A stretch of 64,000 bases of DNA from Alphaproteobacteria bacterium (GCA_963667785.2 CAXXMU010000001.1:544001-608000), one strand, 5' to 3'; shown: positions 1-10,765, numbered from the stretch's first letter. Notes: generated by a model from the letters alone, not told the origin. Numbers and translations are program-made.

Positions 1-1061
1 ATGAGGTCGCCGATCAGGTTCACGACGAGGCCGAGCAGCGTGAAGAAGAAGAGCGTGCCGAAGATGATCGGGTAGTCCCGCTTGAGCAGCGATTCGAAGC
101 CGAGCAGGCCGAGCCCGTCGAGCGAGAAGATGACCTCGATCAGGAGCACGCCGGTGAAGAGGATGCCGATGAAGGCGCCCGGCAGGCCGGCGATGACGAT
201 CAGCATCGCGTTGCGGAAGACGTGGCCGTAGAGCACCCGCCGTTCCGTCAGCCCCTTGGCGCGCGCGGTGATGACGTAGTGCTGGCCGATCTGGTCGAGG
301 AAGGAGTTCTTGGTGAGCATCGTGGTGGTGGCGAAGCCGCTCACCGCCATCGCCAGGATGGGCAGCGCCAGATGCCAGAAGTAGTCCTCGATCTTGCCGA
401 GTAGGGAGAGCTGATCGAAGTCGTTGGAGACCAGCCCGCGCAAGGGGAACCAGTCGATATAGCTGCCGCCGGCGAAGAGGACGATCAGCAGGATCGCGAA
501 GATGAAGTTGGGGATCGCGTAGCCGACGATGATGACCCCGCTGGTCCAGACGTCGAAGCGCTCGCCGTCGCGCACCGCCTTGGCGATGCCGAGCGGGATC
601 GAGATCAGATAGGCCAGCAGCGTCGTCCACAGCCCGAGCGAGATCGAGACGGGCAGCTTGTCGACGACCAGATCGACCACGCGGTCGTCGCGGAAGAAGC
701 TGCTCCCGAAATCGAAGCGCACGTACTGGCCCATCATGTGGAGGAAGCGCTCCAGCGGCGGCTTGTCGAAGCCGTACTCCTTCTCCAGCCGCTCGATCAG
801 CTCCGGGTCGAGGCCGCGGGCGCCGCGGTACTTGCTCGTGGCGGCCCGCTCGGAGACATCGAACTGGCCGGCGGTGCCGACCTCGCCGGGGCCCGCGCCC
901 GAGATCCGCGCCGTGGCGCCCACCGCGCTGCCCGTGAGCTCCGCGATCGCCTGCTCCACCGGCCCGCCCGGCGCGATCTGGATGATCGCGAAGTTGATCA
1001 CCATCACCGCGAACAGCGTCGGGATGATCAGCAGCAGGCGACGGACGATGTAGGCGAACAT
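1..1061 (-). CDS. yejB: Peptide/microcin C ABC transporter permease (YejB-like), runs off left edge
   Basis: Minus strand reads MFAYIVRRLLLIIPTLFAVMVINFAIIQIAPGGPVEQ... and TARAKGLTERRVLYGHVFRNAML; lies downstream of yejA. Confidence 0.85.
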   Translation of the reverse strand, partial: MFAYIVRRLLLIIPTLFAVMVINFAIIQIAPGGPVEQAIAELTGSAVGATARISGAGPGEVGTAGQFDVSERAATSKYRGARGLDPELIERLEKEYGFDKPPLERFLHMMGQYVRFDFGSSFFRDDRVVDLVVDKLPVSISLGLWTTLLAYLISIPLGIAKAVRDGERFDVWTSGVIIVGYAIPNFIFAILLIVLFAGGSYIDWFPLRGLVSNDFDQLSLLGKIEDYFWHLALPILAMAVSGFATTTMLTKNSFLDQIGQHYVITARAKGLTERRVLYGHVFRNAMLIVIAGLPGAFIGILFTGVLLIEVIFSLDGLGLLGFESLLKRDYPIIFGTLFFFTLLGLVVNLIGDL

Positions 1062-1170
1062 GGCGCGTGCCGTGCGTGCGGCTCTAGCGCGTGCCCGGGT
1101 CAGGCATCAGCGACGCTGCCCTCGGCCCATCGTCTCGCCGGGTGCCGGGCCGCGCGCGTCCTCCCGCCCG

Positions 1171-3036
1171 TCAGTCCGTGCCATCGCGCCAGGCCCTGAG
1201 CGCCGCGTCCTTCTCCGGATCGACCCACCAGGTGTCGACGACGCCCCGGGCGTAGCGGGGCTTCAGCGCGGGCCGGGCGAACTTGTTCCAGTAAACGAGG
1301 TGGTGCGCCCCCTTGTACCACTGCGGGATCATGTAGTGGCCCCAGAGCAGCACCCGGTCGAGCGCGCGGGCGGCGGCGAGCAGGCCGGGCCGGTCGCGGG
1401 CGCCGACGACAGCCGCGATCAGGGAATCGACCACCGGGTCCTTGATGCCTGCGGTGTTCGGCGAGCCGAGCTGATCGGCGGTGACGCTGCCGAAGAAGGC
1501 GTTGAGCTCGGCGCCGGGCGAGAGGCTGAAGACGAAGCGGTTGGTGGTGATCTCGAAGTCGTGCGACTTCATGCGCTCCTCGTACTGCGCGCCGTCGACG
1601 AGCCGGAGCGTGACCGCGATCCCGAGCCGCTCGAGGCTGCGGGAGAAGGCGGCGTAGATCCGCTCGAAGGTGGGCTCGAAGTAGAGGAACTCGATGGTCA
1701 TCGCCTCGCCGCTCGCTTCCTCGACGAGCGCGCCGTCGCGCGTCACCCAGCCGGCTTCCTGCAGGAGCGCGCGCGCCGCGCGCAGGTTGCGCCGGTTGTT
1801 GCCCGAGCCGTCGGTGGCGGGCGGCACGAAGGGCGCGGTGAAGACCTCCTCCGGCACCGCGCCCCGGTAGGGCTCGAGCAGGGCGAGCTCCGCTGCCGAC
1901 GGGAGCCCGCGGGCCGCGAGCTCCGAGTTCTCGAAGTAGCTCGCCATGCGGTCGTAGAGCCCGTAGAACTGGTTCTTGTTGAGCCATTCGAAGTCGAAGG
2001 CGTAGGCCAGCGCCTGGCGCACGCGGCGGTCGCGGAACTTCGGCAGCCGCGTGTTGACGAAGAAGGCCTGCACGCCCGACGGCGTGTTGTCCTCCAGCAC
2101 GTCCCTGACGAGCCACCCTTCCTCGACCGCGGCGATGTCGTAGCCGGTCGCCCACACCTTCGACGTGAACTCCTCGTGAAAGTCGAACTCGCCCGCCTTG
2201 AGCGCCTCCACCATCACCGTGCGGTCGCGGTAATAGTCGATGAGGATGGTGCCGAAATTGTGGCGGCCCACGTTCACGGGCAGCGCCGCCCCCCAGTAGT
2301 CCGCGACGCGCTCGTACGAGATCGAGCGCCCGGCATCGACCTTGCCGATGCGGTAGGGGCCTGAGCCGAGCGGCGGCTCCATGGTGGTCTCGCCGAAGGC
2401 GCGCTCCCCGAAATACGCCTCCGAGACGATCGGCATGGCGCCCACGATCAGCGGCAGCTTGCGGTTGTCGGGGTCGGCGAACGCGAACGCGACCTCGTGC
2501 GTGCCCGTGGTCTCGACTCCCTCGACGCCGGCGAGCTGGGTGGCGTAGACGGGATCTCCCTCGGTGGTGAGGATCTCGAACGAGAACGCCACGTCGGCGG
2601 CCGTGATCGGCGTGCCGTCGTGCCAGCGCGCCTCCGGCCGCAGGAGGAAGCGCATCCGGCGGCGGTCGGGTGCCGGCATGACGCCGGCGGCGATCAGCCC
2701 ATAGGCGGAATCCGCCTCGTCCGCCGCACCGTCCAACAGGCTCTCGAAGGGCAGGCCCGCGCCGGCTGCGGCGACGCCCTTGAGGGTGAAGGGATTGAGC
2801 GTGCTGAAGGTGCTGACCGTGGCCATGTGGAACAGGCCGCCCTTCGGCGCGTCCGGCGCGACGTAGTCGAAGTGGGCGAAGGCGGGGCCGTATTTCAGGT
2901 CGCCGAAGAGGGAGAGCCCGTGCCGCGCCTCTGCCTCGCTCGCCGCAGCCACGTCGGGAGGGGGCACGAGCGGCGCCAGCGACGATGCGACGGCCAGCGC
3001 GGAGGCCTGTACGAAGCGTCTCCTGCTCACTCTCAT
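1171..3036 (-). CDS. yejA: ABC transporter extracellular solute-binding protein (YejA-like), Tat signal
   Basis: [10 protein letters not shown] twin-Arg signal; [31 protein letters not shown] motifs. Confidence 0.9.
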   Translation of the reverse strand: MRVSRRRFVQASALAVASSLAPLVPPPDVAAASEAEARHGLSLFGDLKYGPAFAHFDYVAPDAPKGGLFHMATVSTFSTLNPFTLKGVAAAGAGLPFESLLDGAADEADSAYGLIAAGVMPAPDRRRMRFLLRPEARWHDGTPITAADVAFSFEILTTEGDPVYATQLAGVEGVETTGTHEVAFAFADPDNRKLPLIVGAMPIVSEAYFGERAFGETTMEPPLGSGPYRIGKVDAGRSISYERVADYWGAALPVNVGRHNFGTILIDYYRDRTVMVEALKAGEFDFHEEFTSKVWATGYDIAAVEEGWLVRDVLEDNTPSGVQAFFVNTRLPKFRDRRVRQALAYAFDFEWLNKNQFYGLYDRMASYFENSELAARGLPSAAELALLEPYRGAVPEEVFTAPFVPPATDGSGNNRRNLRAARALLQEAGWVTRDGALVEEASGEAMTIEFLYFEPTFERIYAAFSRSLERLGIAVTLRLVDGAQYEERMKSHDFEITTNRFVFSLSPGAELNAFFGSVTADQLGSPNTAGIKDPVVDSLIAAVVGARDRPGLLAAARALDRVLLWGHYMIPQWYKGAHHLVYWNKFARPALKPRYARGVVDTWWVDPEKDAALRAWRDGTD

Positions 3037-3169
3037 CGGCTCGTCTCCTCCCGTCCCCGTGCCACGCCGTGCGGGCATAGCACGAGTCGCGGATTCGGGT
3101 ATCGGCCATTTCCTCGATCGCCTCGCCCGCCGGCTGGACTCGCCGCGCCGGCGCGTCATACTCCGGCCC

Positions 3170-3736
3170 ATGGGGCGCTATCCGAACAGCGGCGGCCCGA
3201 TCGTTCGCAAGGTGCCCGAGGGCGACGACCGGCCCCGCTTGGTCTGCGATGCGTGCGGCTTCATCCGCTACGAGAACCCGAAGATCGTCGTCGGCTCCGT
3301 CGCGACCTGGGAGGGGCGCATCCTCCTCTGCCGCCGGGCGATCGAGCCCCAGGCCGGGTTCTGGACCCTGCCGGCCGGCTTCCTGGAGCTGCACGAGGAT
3401 CCCGAGCACGGCGCCCGCCGGGAGGCGGAGGAGGAGGCCGGCGCGGACATCGTCATCGACGCCCTGCTCGCAGTCTACACCATCCCCCGCATCAGCCTGG
3501 TGCAGCTCTTCTACCGGGCCCAGCTCGCGCGGCCCGAGATCGCGCCGGGGATCGAGAGCCTCGAGGTCGGGCTGTTCGAGCACGGGACGATCCCGTGGGA
3601 CAACCTCGCCTTCCCCTCCGTGACCTGGGCGCTCCGCCACCACGCCGAGGCGCCGCACGGCTGCGCCTTCGCGCCCTTCACCAATCCCGCCGGCGACATC
3701 GGCAACTACCGGCCGGGCATCCCCGCCCGTCGCTGA
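3170..3736 (+). CDS. NUDIX hydrolase with N-terminal zinc-ribbon remnant
   Basis: [22 protein letters not shown]; Nudix box [22 protein letters not shown]. Confidence 0.85.
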   Translation: MGRYPNSGGPIVRKVPEGDDRPRLVCDACGFIRYENPKIVVGSVATWEGRILLCRRAIEPQAGFWTLPAGFLELHEDPEHGARREAEEEAGADIVIDALLAVYTIPRISLVQLFYRAQLARPEIAPGIESLEVGLFEHGTIPWDNLAFPSVTWALRHHAEAPHGCAFAPFTNPAGDIGNYRPGIPARR

Positions 3737-3947
3737 GTCCCGGGCGCTCGGCCCGTCGACGGCCGCGCTCGCGACCCTGCGGGCACGACCGACTCAGGCG
3801 CGCGCTCCCAGCCGGGCGCCCGGACCATGGTGCGGTGCACGCCGCGCGGCGCCCGCGTCATGCTCGCGCCATGGGATGGAAGAACCAGCGGCGGCAGACG
3901 GGGAGAGCGGGAACGACGCCCGGCGCCACCTCGCGGTCGCGGGATTC

Positions 3948-4201
3948 ATCCCGGAAACCCGCCCGGATATCCCAGCGGAATCCCACCTCCTTCGGAAAAC
4001 GTCCCGCGCGGAATCCCTTGCTATCCCGCAGAATCCCGGCAAAGGGGGGGCACCGCCGAATCCCACTTTCGCCCCGCGTCCGGGTCCGCTGCGCGCACAT
4101 CGGCGCCGAACCGCCGTTCGACCCCCCGCCGTGCCGCTTCGTGCCGGGTTGTCCCGGCACATCCCGCATAAAAACGAGGGGGGTGTGTCACTTTGCGTCC
4201 C
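3948..4201. repeat. Phased array of RTCCC motifs in a long intergenic region
   Basis: ATCCC/GTCCC at 3948, 3969, 3980, 4001, 4013, 4023, 4033, 4060, 4151, 4161, 4197. Confidence 0.5.
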
Positions 4202-4243
4202 CGCCGCCCGGCCGCGGGTCGCGCCGGCGGCGAGAGCCGCTGC

Positions 4244-5185
4244 CTAGTCGTCGAGCCCCATGAGCGCGGCGGCGAAGGCGCGGGCCTCGAAGGGGCGGAG
4301 GTCGTCGACCCCCTCGCCGATGCCGAGCGCCACCACGGGCACGCCGAAGCGCCGCGCCAGCGCCACCAGCACGCCGCCCTTCGCGGTGCCGTCGAGCTTG
4401 GTCATCACCAGGCCGTCGACGTCGACGGCCTCGCGAAAGACGTCGACCTGGTTCAGCGCGTTCTGGCCCGTGGTCGCGTCGAGAACGAGCAGGCGGCTGT
4501 GCGGCGCGCGCGGGTCGAGCTTCTTGAGCACGCGGTCGATCTTCTGCAGCTCGGCCATCAGGTGCGCCTTGTTCTGCAGCCGGCCGGCGGTGTCGATCAT
4601 GAGCACGTCGATCCCCTCGGCCTTGGCGCGCTCCAGCGCGTCGAAGGCGAGGCCGGCAGGGTCGCCGCCGTCCGAGCGCGCCATCACCGGCGCGCCCGCG
4701 CGCTCGCCCCAGATCGTGAGCTGCTCCACGGCGGCGGCGCGGAAGGTATCGCCCGCCACCAGCATCACGCGCCGGCCTTCCCCGGCGAAGCGCTGGGCGA
4801 GCTTGCCGATGGTGGTGGTCTTGCCGGTGCCGTTGACCCCGGCGATTAGGATCACGTGCGGCCTGGCGTCCTCGTCGATCGCGAGCGCGCCTTCCACCGG
4901 AGCCAGCAGGTCGGCGATCTGGCCGGCGAGCGCGCGCCGCACCTCGATGGCGCTCACCTCCTTGCCAAAGCGCTGGGCGGCAAGGGCGGCCGTCAGCTCG
5001 GCCGCGGTCGCCGCCCCCAGATCGCCGGCGATGAGCAGCTCCTCTAGCTCCTCGAGCGCCGCGTCGTCGAGCCGGCCGCCGGCGAAGATGGCGCCGATGC
5101 CGCCGGTGAGGCTGGCCGATGTCCGCCTCAGGCCCGCCGCGAGCCGCGTCAGCAGGCCGCGCCGGCCGCCGCCGTCCGTCGCCAT
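4244..5185 (-). CDS. ftsY: Signal recognition particle receptor FtsY
   Basis: GVNGTGKTTTIGKLA, GDTFRAAAVEQL, DTAGRLQN, TKLDGTAKGG. Confidence 0.97.
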   Translation of the reverse strand: MATDGGGRRGLLTRLAAGLRRTSASLTGGIGAIFAGGRLDDAALEELEELLIAGDLGAATAAELTAALAAQRFGKEVSAIEVRRALAGQIADLLAPVEGALAIDEDARPHVILIAGVNGTGKTTTIGKLAQRFAGEGRRVMLVAGDTFRAAAVEQLTIWGERAGAPVMARSDGGDPAGLAFDALERAKAEGIDVLMIDTAGRLQNKAHLMAELQKIDRVLKKLDPRAPHSRLLVLDATTGQNALNQVDVFREAVDVDGLVMTKLDGTAKGGVLVALARRFGVPVVALGIGEGVDDLRPFEARAFAAALMGLDD

Positions 5186-6432
5186 CAGGCGGCGGTCCCG
5201 ATCAGGCGCTCGTCTGCCGTGCCCGTGATCCGGGCGCGCACGAGGGTGCCGGGCCCGCCTGCCGGGCGCTCGAACGCGACCTCGGCGAAGCATTCGTCGC
5301 GGCCCCGGTCCGCCTTCTCCAGCAGCACGTGGGCGTCGCGGCCGACGCGCGCCTCGAGGAAGCGCCGGCGCGGGCCTCCGCCGGCCGCCCGGAGCGCCGC
5401 CGCGCGGGCGCGGCGCTCGGGCCCCGGCACCTGGGGCATGCGCGCTGCCGGCGTGCCCGGCCGGGGCGAGTAGGGGAAGACGTGGAGCCAGACGAGGTCG
5501 GCCTCCTCGACCAGGCGGCGGGTGTTCTCGAACATCGCCGCCGTCTCGGTGGGGAAGCCCGCGATCAGGTCGGCGCCGAAGGCGATCTCCGGCCTCAGCC
5601 CGCGCAGCCTGCGACAGAGCGCCAGCACGTCGGCGCGCGTGTGCCGGCGCTTCATCCGCTTGAGCACCATGTCGTCGCCGGCCTGGAGGCTGAGATGCAG
5701 GTGCGGCATCAGCCGCGCCTCCTCGGCGAAGAGCTGCTCCAGCACCGGGTCGATCTCGACCGGGTCGATGGAAGAGAGCCTGAGGCGCGGCAGCTCCGGC
5801 ACCGCCCGGAGCAGGCGGCGCACGGCCTCGCCGAGGCAGGGCTTGCCCGGCAGATCGGCGCCGTAGTGGCCGAGATCGACGCCGCTCAGCACCACCTCCC
5901 GGTGGCCGGCGGCGACGAGCGCCCGCACCTCCGCCGCGATGGCGCCGAGCGGCACGCTCCGGCTCGGGCCGCGGGCGAAGGGAATGATGCAGAAGGTGCA
6001 GCGATGATCGCAGCCGTTCTGCACCTGGACGAAGGCGCGCGCGCGCCCTTCGTAGCCCGCGATCAGATGGCCCGCGGTCTCCCGCACCGCCATGATGTCG
6101 CCGACCGCGATGTCCGTCTCCGCATCCGGCGCGAGGCCCTCCAGGGTGAGCTTCTCGCGGTTGCCGACGACCCGGTCGACCTCGGGCATGGCGGCGAAGC
6201 CTGCGGGATCGAGCTGGGCGGCGCAGCCGGTGGCGATGATCGTCGCCTGCGGATTGCGCCGCCTCGCGCGGCGGATCGCCTGGCGCGCCTGGCGCTCGGC
6301 CTCGCCGGTGACCGCGCAGGTGTTGACGATGACCCCCTCGGTCAGGCCCGCGGCGCGGGCGCGGGCGCGCACCACCTCGGACTCGTAGGCGTTGAGCCGG
6401 CATCCGAAGGTGATGACCTCGAGCCCGCTCAT
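5185..6432 (-). CDS. mtaB: tRNA threonylcarbamoyladenosine methylthiotransferase MtaB
   Basis: TFGCRLNAYESE, NTCAVT, radical SAM motif CDHRCTFC; dapF-mtaB-ftsY synteny. Confidence 0.93.
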   Translation of the reverse strand: MSGLEVITFGCRLNAYESEVVRARARAAGLTEGVIVNTCAVTGEAERQARQAIRRARRRNPQATIIATGCAAQLDPAGFAAMPEVDRVVGNREKLTLEGLAPDAETDIAVGDIMAVRETAGHLIAGYEGRARAFVQVQNGCDHRCTFCIIPFARGPSRSVPLGAIAAEVRALVAAGHREVVLSGVDLGHYGADLPGKPCLGEAVRRLLRAVPELPRLRLSSIDPVEIDPVLEQLFAEEARLMPHLHLSLQAGDDMVLKRMKRRHTRADVLALCRRLRGLRPEIAFGADLIAGFPTETAAMFENTRRLVEEADLVWLHVFPYSPRPGTPAARMPQVPGPERRARAAALRAAGGGPRRRFLEARVGRDAHVLLEKADRGRDECFAEVAFERPAGGPGTLVRARITGTADERLIGTAA

Positions 6433-7250
6433 CCCGGCAGCACGCCCGTGAAGCTCCGCGCGCAGGCGCCGGTCATCTCGACATGGCCGTCGTCGCGCCA
6501 GCGGATGCCCAGCTCGCCGCCGTCGAGGACCGTCGTCACGTCCCGCCCCGTCAGGCCGCGCCTCGCGCCCGCGACCGCCGCGGCGCAGGCGCCGGTGCCG
6601 CAGGCCCGCGTGAGCCCGGCGCCGCGCTCCCAGACCCTGAGCCGCAGGCGGTTGTCGGCGATCCGCTGGGCGACGCCGATATTCGCGTGCTCGGGGAAGA
6701 GCGGATCGGTCTCGAGCGCCGGGCCGAGCGTCTCCAGCGGTATGGCTTCGGCGTCGTCCACGAAGAACACCGCGTGCGGGTTGCCGATGTTGACCGCGAC
6801 CGCGTCGCTGAGCGGGCCCGCGCCGATGGCCACGTGCAGCGTGTCGCAGGCGCGGGCCAGCGGGATCTCGCGCCAGTCGAGCCGCGCCGGCCCCATGTCG
6901 ACGCTCACCCGGCCGCCGCCGGCCTCGCGGGCGGTGAGCGCCCCGGCGGCGGTCTGGAGCGCCACGGCGTCCCGGCCGCTCTCGTCGAGCAGCAGCCGGG
7001 CTGCGCAGCGGGTGCCGTTGCCGCAGGCGCCGACCTCGCCGCCGTCCCGGTTCCAGAACCGGAGGAAGGCGTCCGTGCCGTCGTCCTGCGGCGGCTCCAG
7101 CGCGATCACCTGGTCGCAGCCGACGCCGGTGTGCCGGTCGGCGACCGCGCGCACGCGGGCCGGGTCGAGCGCCAGCGGCGCGCGCCGCGCGTCGAACAGG
7201 ACGAAGTCGTTGCCGAGTCCGTGCATCTTGATGAAGGCGAGTTCAGCCAT
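6429..7250 (-). CDS. dapF: Diaminopimelate epimerase
   Basis: FIKMHGLGNDF, ACGNGTRC, GNPHAV, ERGAGLTRACGTGACA. Confidence 0.97.
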   Translation of the reverse strand: MAELAFIKMHGLGNDFVLFDARRAPLALDPARVRAVADRHTGVGCDQVIALEPPQDDGTDAFLRFWNRDGGEVGACGNGTRCAARLLLDESGRDAVALQTAAGALTAREAGGGRVSVDMGPARLDWREIPLARACDTLHVAIGAGPLSDAVAVNIGNPHAVFFVDDAEAIPLETLGPALETDPLFPEHANIGVAQRIADNRLRLRVWERGAGLTRACGTGACAAAVAGARRGLTGRDVTTVLDGGELGIRWRDDGHVEMTGACARSFTGVLPG

Positions 7251-7297
7251 GGGCGGGGTTATAGCCCGCATGTCTCACCACGGTCACGGCCTGCGTC

Positions 7298-7351
7298 GCG
7301 CGGAACGCGCGCGGGGCGCGCGATGCGCGGAACGCGCGCGGGGCGCGCGAT
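7298..7351. repeat. Perfect 2 x 27-bp tandem repeat
   Basis: gcgcggaacgcgcgcggggcgcgcgat at 7298-7324 and 7325-7351. Confidence 0.85.
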
Positions 7352-7465
7352 CCACCCAGGCGCGCGCCCGCTTCCGGCCACCGTTCCGACCAAACGTTTG
7401 TTTTCCGACCGCCGCCCGGTTAGGATCGCCGCGTTGAGGCGCGGCCGCCGACGGGGAGAACAACA

Positions 7466-8566
7466 ATGGGCGACATCAAGTTCGGAACGGTCATCTCGGC
7501 GGTCGGCGAGCCGGGCGCCTCCGACGCGGACCAGTACGTCGAGGCCCTGGTCGACGCGGATCGCGTCGCCGCGCTGGGCTATGACGCGTTCTGGGTGATC
7601 GAGCACCACTTCTCCGACTACTTCCCGACGCCGAGCCCGCTGCTGATGCTGGCGCATCTCGCCGGCCGCCACCCCGACATCGACCTCGGCACCTGCGTCG
7701 TGGTCCTGCCCTGGTACAGCCCGCTCAGGCTCGCCGGCGAGATCGCGATGCTGAGCCAGCTCAGCCGGGGCACGCTTCACATCGGCTTCGGGCGGGGCCT
7801 CGCGCGGCTGGAGTACGACGCCTTCGGCATCTCCATGACGGAGACCCGTGCGCGCTTCCGCGAGTGCCGCGAGGTCATCGGCAAGGCGCTCGTCGGCGGC
7901 ACCTTCACCCATGCCGGCGAGTTCTTCGATATCGAGCGGCCGATCGAGCTTCGGCCGAAGTCCGCGCAGGAGAGGATCAACCTCTACGGCGCGACCAGCA
8001 GCCCCGAGAGCGCCGGCATCATGGCCGAGCTCGGCCTGCCCATGATCCGCGTCTCGAACTTCCCGATGCACTTCCACAGCAACGATTTTGCGCGCTGGGA
8101 CGAGGAGACCGCGCGGCAAGGCGGCGCCACCGACGTCACCCGGCCGATCCTGATCCACGCGGTGCTGGCGGACACCGACGAGGAGGCGGACGCGCTCGCC
8201 AAGGAGCATCTCTCGCGCTACTTCGTGAAGGTGGTCGAGCACTACGAGGCGGACGCCGACCCCTGGAAGGAGCTGGAGGAATTCAAGGCCTTCAGCAAGT
8301 TCATGGCCACGTCGAAGAAGCTGACCAATCCGGACAATCTGGGGCCGTGGCTCGATCTCCAGCTCGTCGGCAGCGCGGACACCGTGAGCGAAAAGCTGCA
8401 GGCCTATGTCGACCTGGGCTTCGACCACTTCATCCTGCAGAACGCGACCTACGGCATGCCGCGCGCCTACCGCCACGAGATGTGGGAGAGGTTCGCCCGC
8501 GACGTGGCCCCCCGCTTCGCCACCCGCGCCGCGCCCCCGCGCCAAGCGAGCGCCGCGGCGGGCTAG
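7466..8566 (+). CDS. LLM-class (luciferase-like) flavin-dependent oxidoreductase
   Basis: LGYDAFWVIEHHFS, PSPLLMLAHLA, PLRLAGEIAMLSQLSRG; GGGGAG RBS upstream. Confidence 0.88.
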   Translation: MGDIKFGTVISAVGEPGASDADQYVEALVDADRVAALGYDAFWVIEHHFSDYFPTPSPLLMLAHLAGRHPDIDLGTCVVVLPWYSPLRLAGEIAMLSQLSRGTLHIGFGRGLARLEYDAFGISMTETRARFRECREVIGKALVGGTFTHAGEFFDIERPIELRPKSAQERINLYGATSSPESAGIMAELGLPMIRVSNFPMHFHSNDFARWDEETARQGGATDVTRPILIHAVLADTDEEADALAKEHLSRYFVKVVEHYEADADPWKELEEFKAFSKFMATSKKLTNPDNLGPWLDLQLVGSADTVSEKLQAYVDLGFDHFILQNATYGMPRAYRHEMWERFARDVAPRFATRAAPPRQASAAAG

Positions 8567-8600
8567 AGCATATTCTGACCGGACGGGGTCCCGTCCGGTT
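8563..8600. repeat. Palindromic element/hairpin, partial CTAGAGCAT-type alphaproteobacterial interspersed repeat or terminator
   Basis: ctagagcat followed by the 10-bp stem accggacggg-gt-cccgtccggt. Confidence 0.4.
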
Positions 8601-8633
8601 GTCGCCCGCTCCCCCGTTCGCATGCGGTGCGGC

Positions 8634-8692
8634 TGAAGACTCCCCCTGAAGTGGGCCCCTTGGGTCGGGCATAGTCAGGCGGCAGATTTGAC
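8634..8692 (-). mobile_element. Possible IS3-family end remnant
   Basis: TGAAGACTCCCCCTGAAGTGGGCCCC resembles IS3-type terminal inverted repeats; inside it lies a minus-strand ...GCC GCC TGA like a transposase 3' end; no transposase present. Confidence 0.3.
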
Positions 8693-8769
8693 CGGGGGGC
8701 GGGTCTGTTCCTCCCCGAAACGGGTCGACTCTGGCGGCTCGGCCGATGACGTCACCGCGAGCTCTTGGG

Positions 8770-10765
8770 CTAATGCGTGATTTTCACCTGCGTCCGGGCG
8801 ATGTCGTTGAGCGCCATGGCGCGATCATAGGGATCGTGGATCCTCCGGGCGGTAGCCAGGGCTTCACCGAAGTCTCCGAGTGTTGCCTGCGCTTTGGCGA
8901 TGTCGCGCAACGTCTCGCTACGAACTTCGGGATGCGCGATGCTCCGGGCGACGTCCAGGGCGCCCTGGATGTCGCCGGCTTGTGCATACGCGTCAGCGAC
9001 TTGACGAAGTGTCTTGGCGCGGATGTCTGCGTCTTCGATGCTCCGGGCAGTAGCCAAGGCGCCCTGCCTGTCGCCGATTTCCGCCTGTGATGTGGCGATT
9101 GAGCCGAGCAGGTCTGCGCGACCGCCCGCATCGGCGACACTACGGGCGGCGCTCAGGGCTCCGGCGAAGGACTGGGCCGCTCCGGTGGGGTCGCCGACTT
9201 TCGCCAGCCCGGCGGCGATGTTGAGGAGCGACCAGCCGCGGAAGTGCGCATCTGCAATGTTGCGGGCGGATTCCAGGGCCTCGGAGAAAGACCGGGCCGC
9301 CCCGGTGGGATCGCCGGCTTGTGCATACACGGCAGCGATTTGGCGGAGTGTCTCGGTGCGCTCATATGCGTCTTCAATGCTTCGGGCAGCAGCCGAGGCG
9401 CCTTGCCCGTCGTCGATTTCCGCCTGCGAGGTGGCAATGTCGCGGATCGTCCAGCCGCGGGCATCCGCATCGGTAATGCTCTGGGCGGCCGCCAGGGCCT
9501 CGGCGAAGGACTGAGCCGCTCCGGAGAGGTCGCCGACTTTCGCCTGCGCTTCGGCGACGTCGCGGAACGTCCGGCCGCGGTCGCCCGCATCGGCAATGCT
9601 CCGGGCGGCGGCCAGGGCCTCGGCAAAGGTCCGAGCTACACCGGCGGAGTCACCAGCGTTCGCCTGCGCTTCGGCGATTGCGCCGAGTGCCTGGGCTCGG
9701 CCACGAGCGGAGACGATGCTCCTGGCGGTCGCCACGGCTTCGGCGATGCGCGTGGCTGCACCGTCGGTGTCGCCGGCTTTGGCCTGCGCTTCGGCGATGC
9801 TGGTGAGCGTCAAGGCGCGACCGCGTGCATCCGCCACGTTCCTGGCCACAACAAGGGCACCGGGGATGTCTCCGGCCTTCGTCCGCGCCTCCGCAACCTC
9901 GTAGAGTGCCCACGCGCGCCGCTGCTTGTCCCGGATGCTCCCAACAGAGGCGAGGGCGCCGTCGATGTCGCCGGCGTTCAACTGCGCGTCGGCGATGTGA
10001 GTATACGTCTGGGATTGGTCCAGATCGTCGTTGACGAGCCGGGCGGCCGACAGCGCGTCGGCGATGGATTGGGCCGCTCCGTGGGAATCGCCGGCGTTCG
10101 TCTGCGCCGCTCCGATACTGCCGAATGCCCGGGCGCGACTGCCCCAATTGGAAATGCTTCGTGCGGTGGCAAGCGCGCCGCGGATGTCGCCAGCTTCGGC
10201 TTGTAGGGTGGCGATGTTTTCGAGTGTTGACGAACGTCGCCATATGTCTCCAACGCTCCCGGCGGTGACGAGAGCGCCACGACTGTCGCCGGCTTCCATC
10301 AGCGCCGTAGAGATGGCGATGAACACCGAGTCACGGTTGCCTGGCGCTTCGATGCTCCGTGCGGTGGCGAGCGCACCGTCGATGTCGCCGGCTTCCACCT
10401 GCACCCTCGCGATATCGTCCAGCGCCGAGGCACGGCTGCCTTCATATTCGGTGCGCCAGGAGGTGTATGTGCCACACGCAATCATCATCGGGACTCGGGG
10501 CCGGATCTTCTATGCTCTGGGCCGCGGTCAGGGCCTCGGACAGGGTGTCCAGAGCCGCTTGCACCGATACCGCTGCGTCGTGCGAAGGCAGGGAGGCGTC
10601 GGTCTCATCGCCTCCCCGTGTTGCATCCTCGTCGGCGGCGTTTACGCACTTTGCATGCGCGGGGATCAGCAGAGCGCAGGCCAGGATCGCGGCGAACAGT
10701 GCCGTTACCCGCCGCGAAGGCGCGCGCTCGATCGGGGGACGCGCTCGTGAGGTGCCGCAATTCAT
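8770..10765 (-). pseudogene. Secreted TPR/HEAT-like alpha-solenoid repeat protein, split by an apparent 1-bp frameshift near 10445-10500
   Basis: Upstream frame carries a signal peptide (ALFAAILACALLIPAHA) and a first repeat (SEALTAAQSIED); the downstream frame (8770-10488) has many AGDxxGA..ALAxARSIxDAxxR..LxxIAxAQA units; total length is 3n+1. Confidence 0.65.

Noticed and set aside
3794-4247. Short ORFs in the NUDIX-ftsY gap
   Set aside because: No recognisable motifs or RBS; several overlapping frames of equally poor quality.
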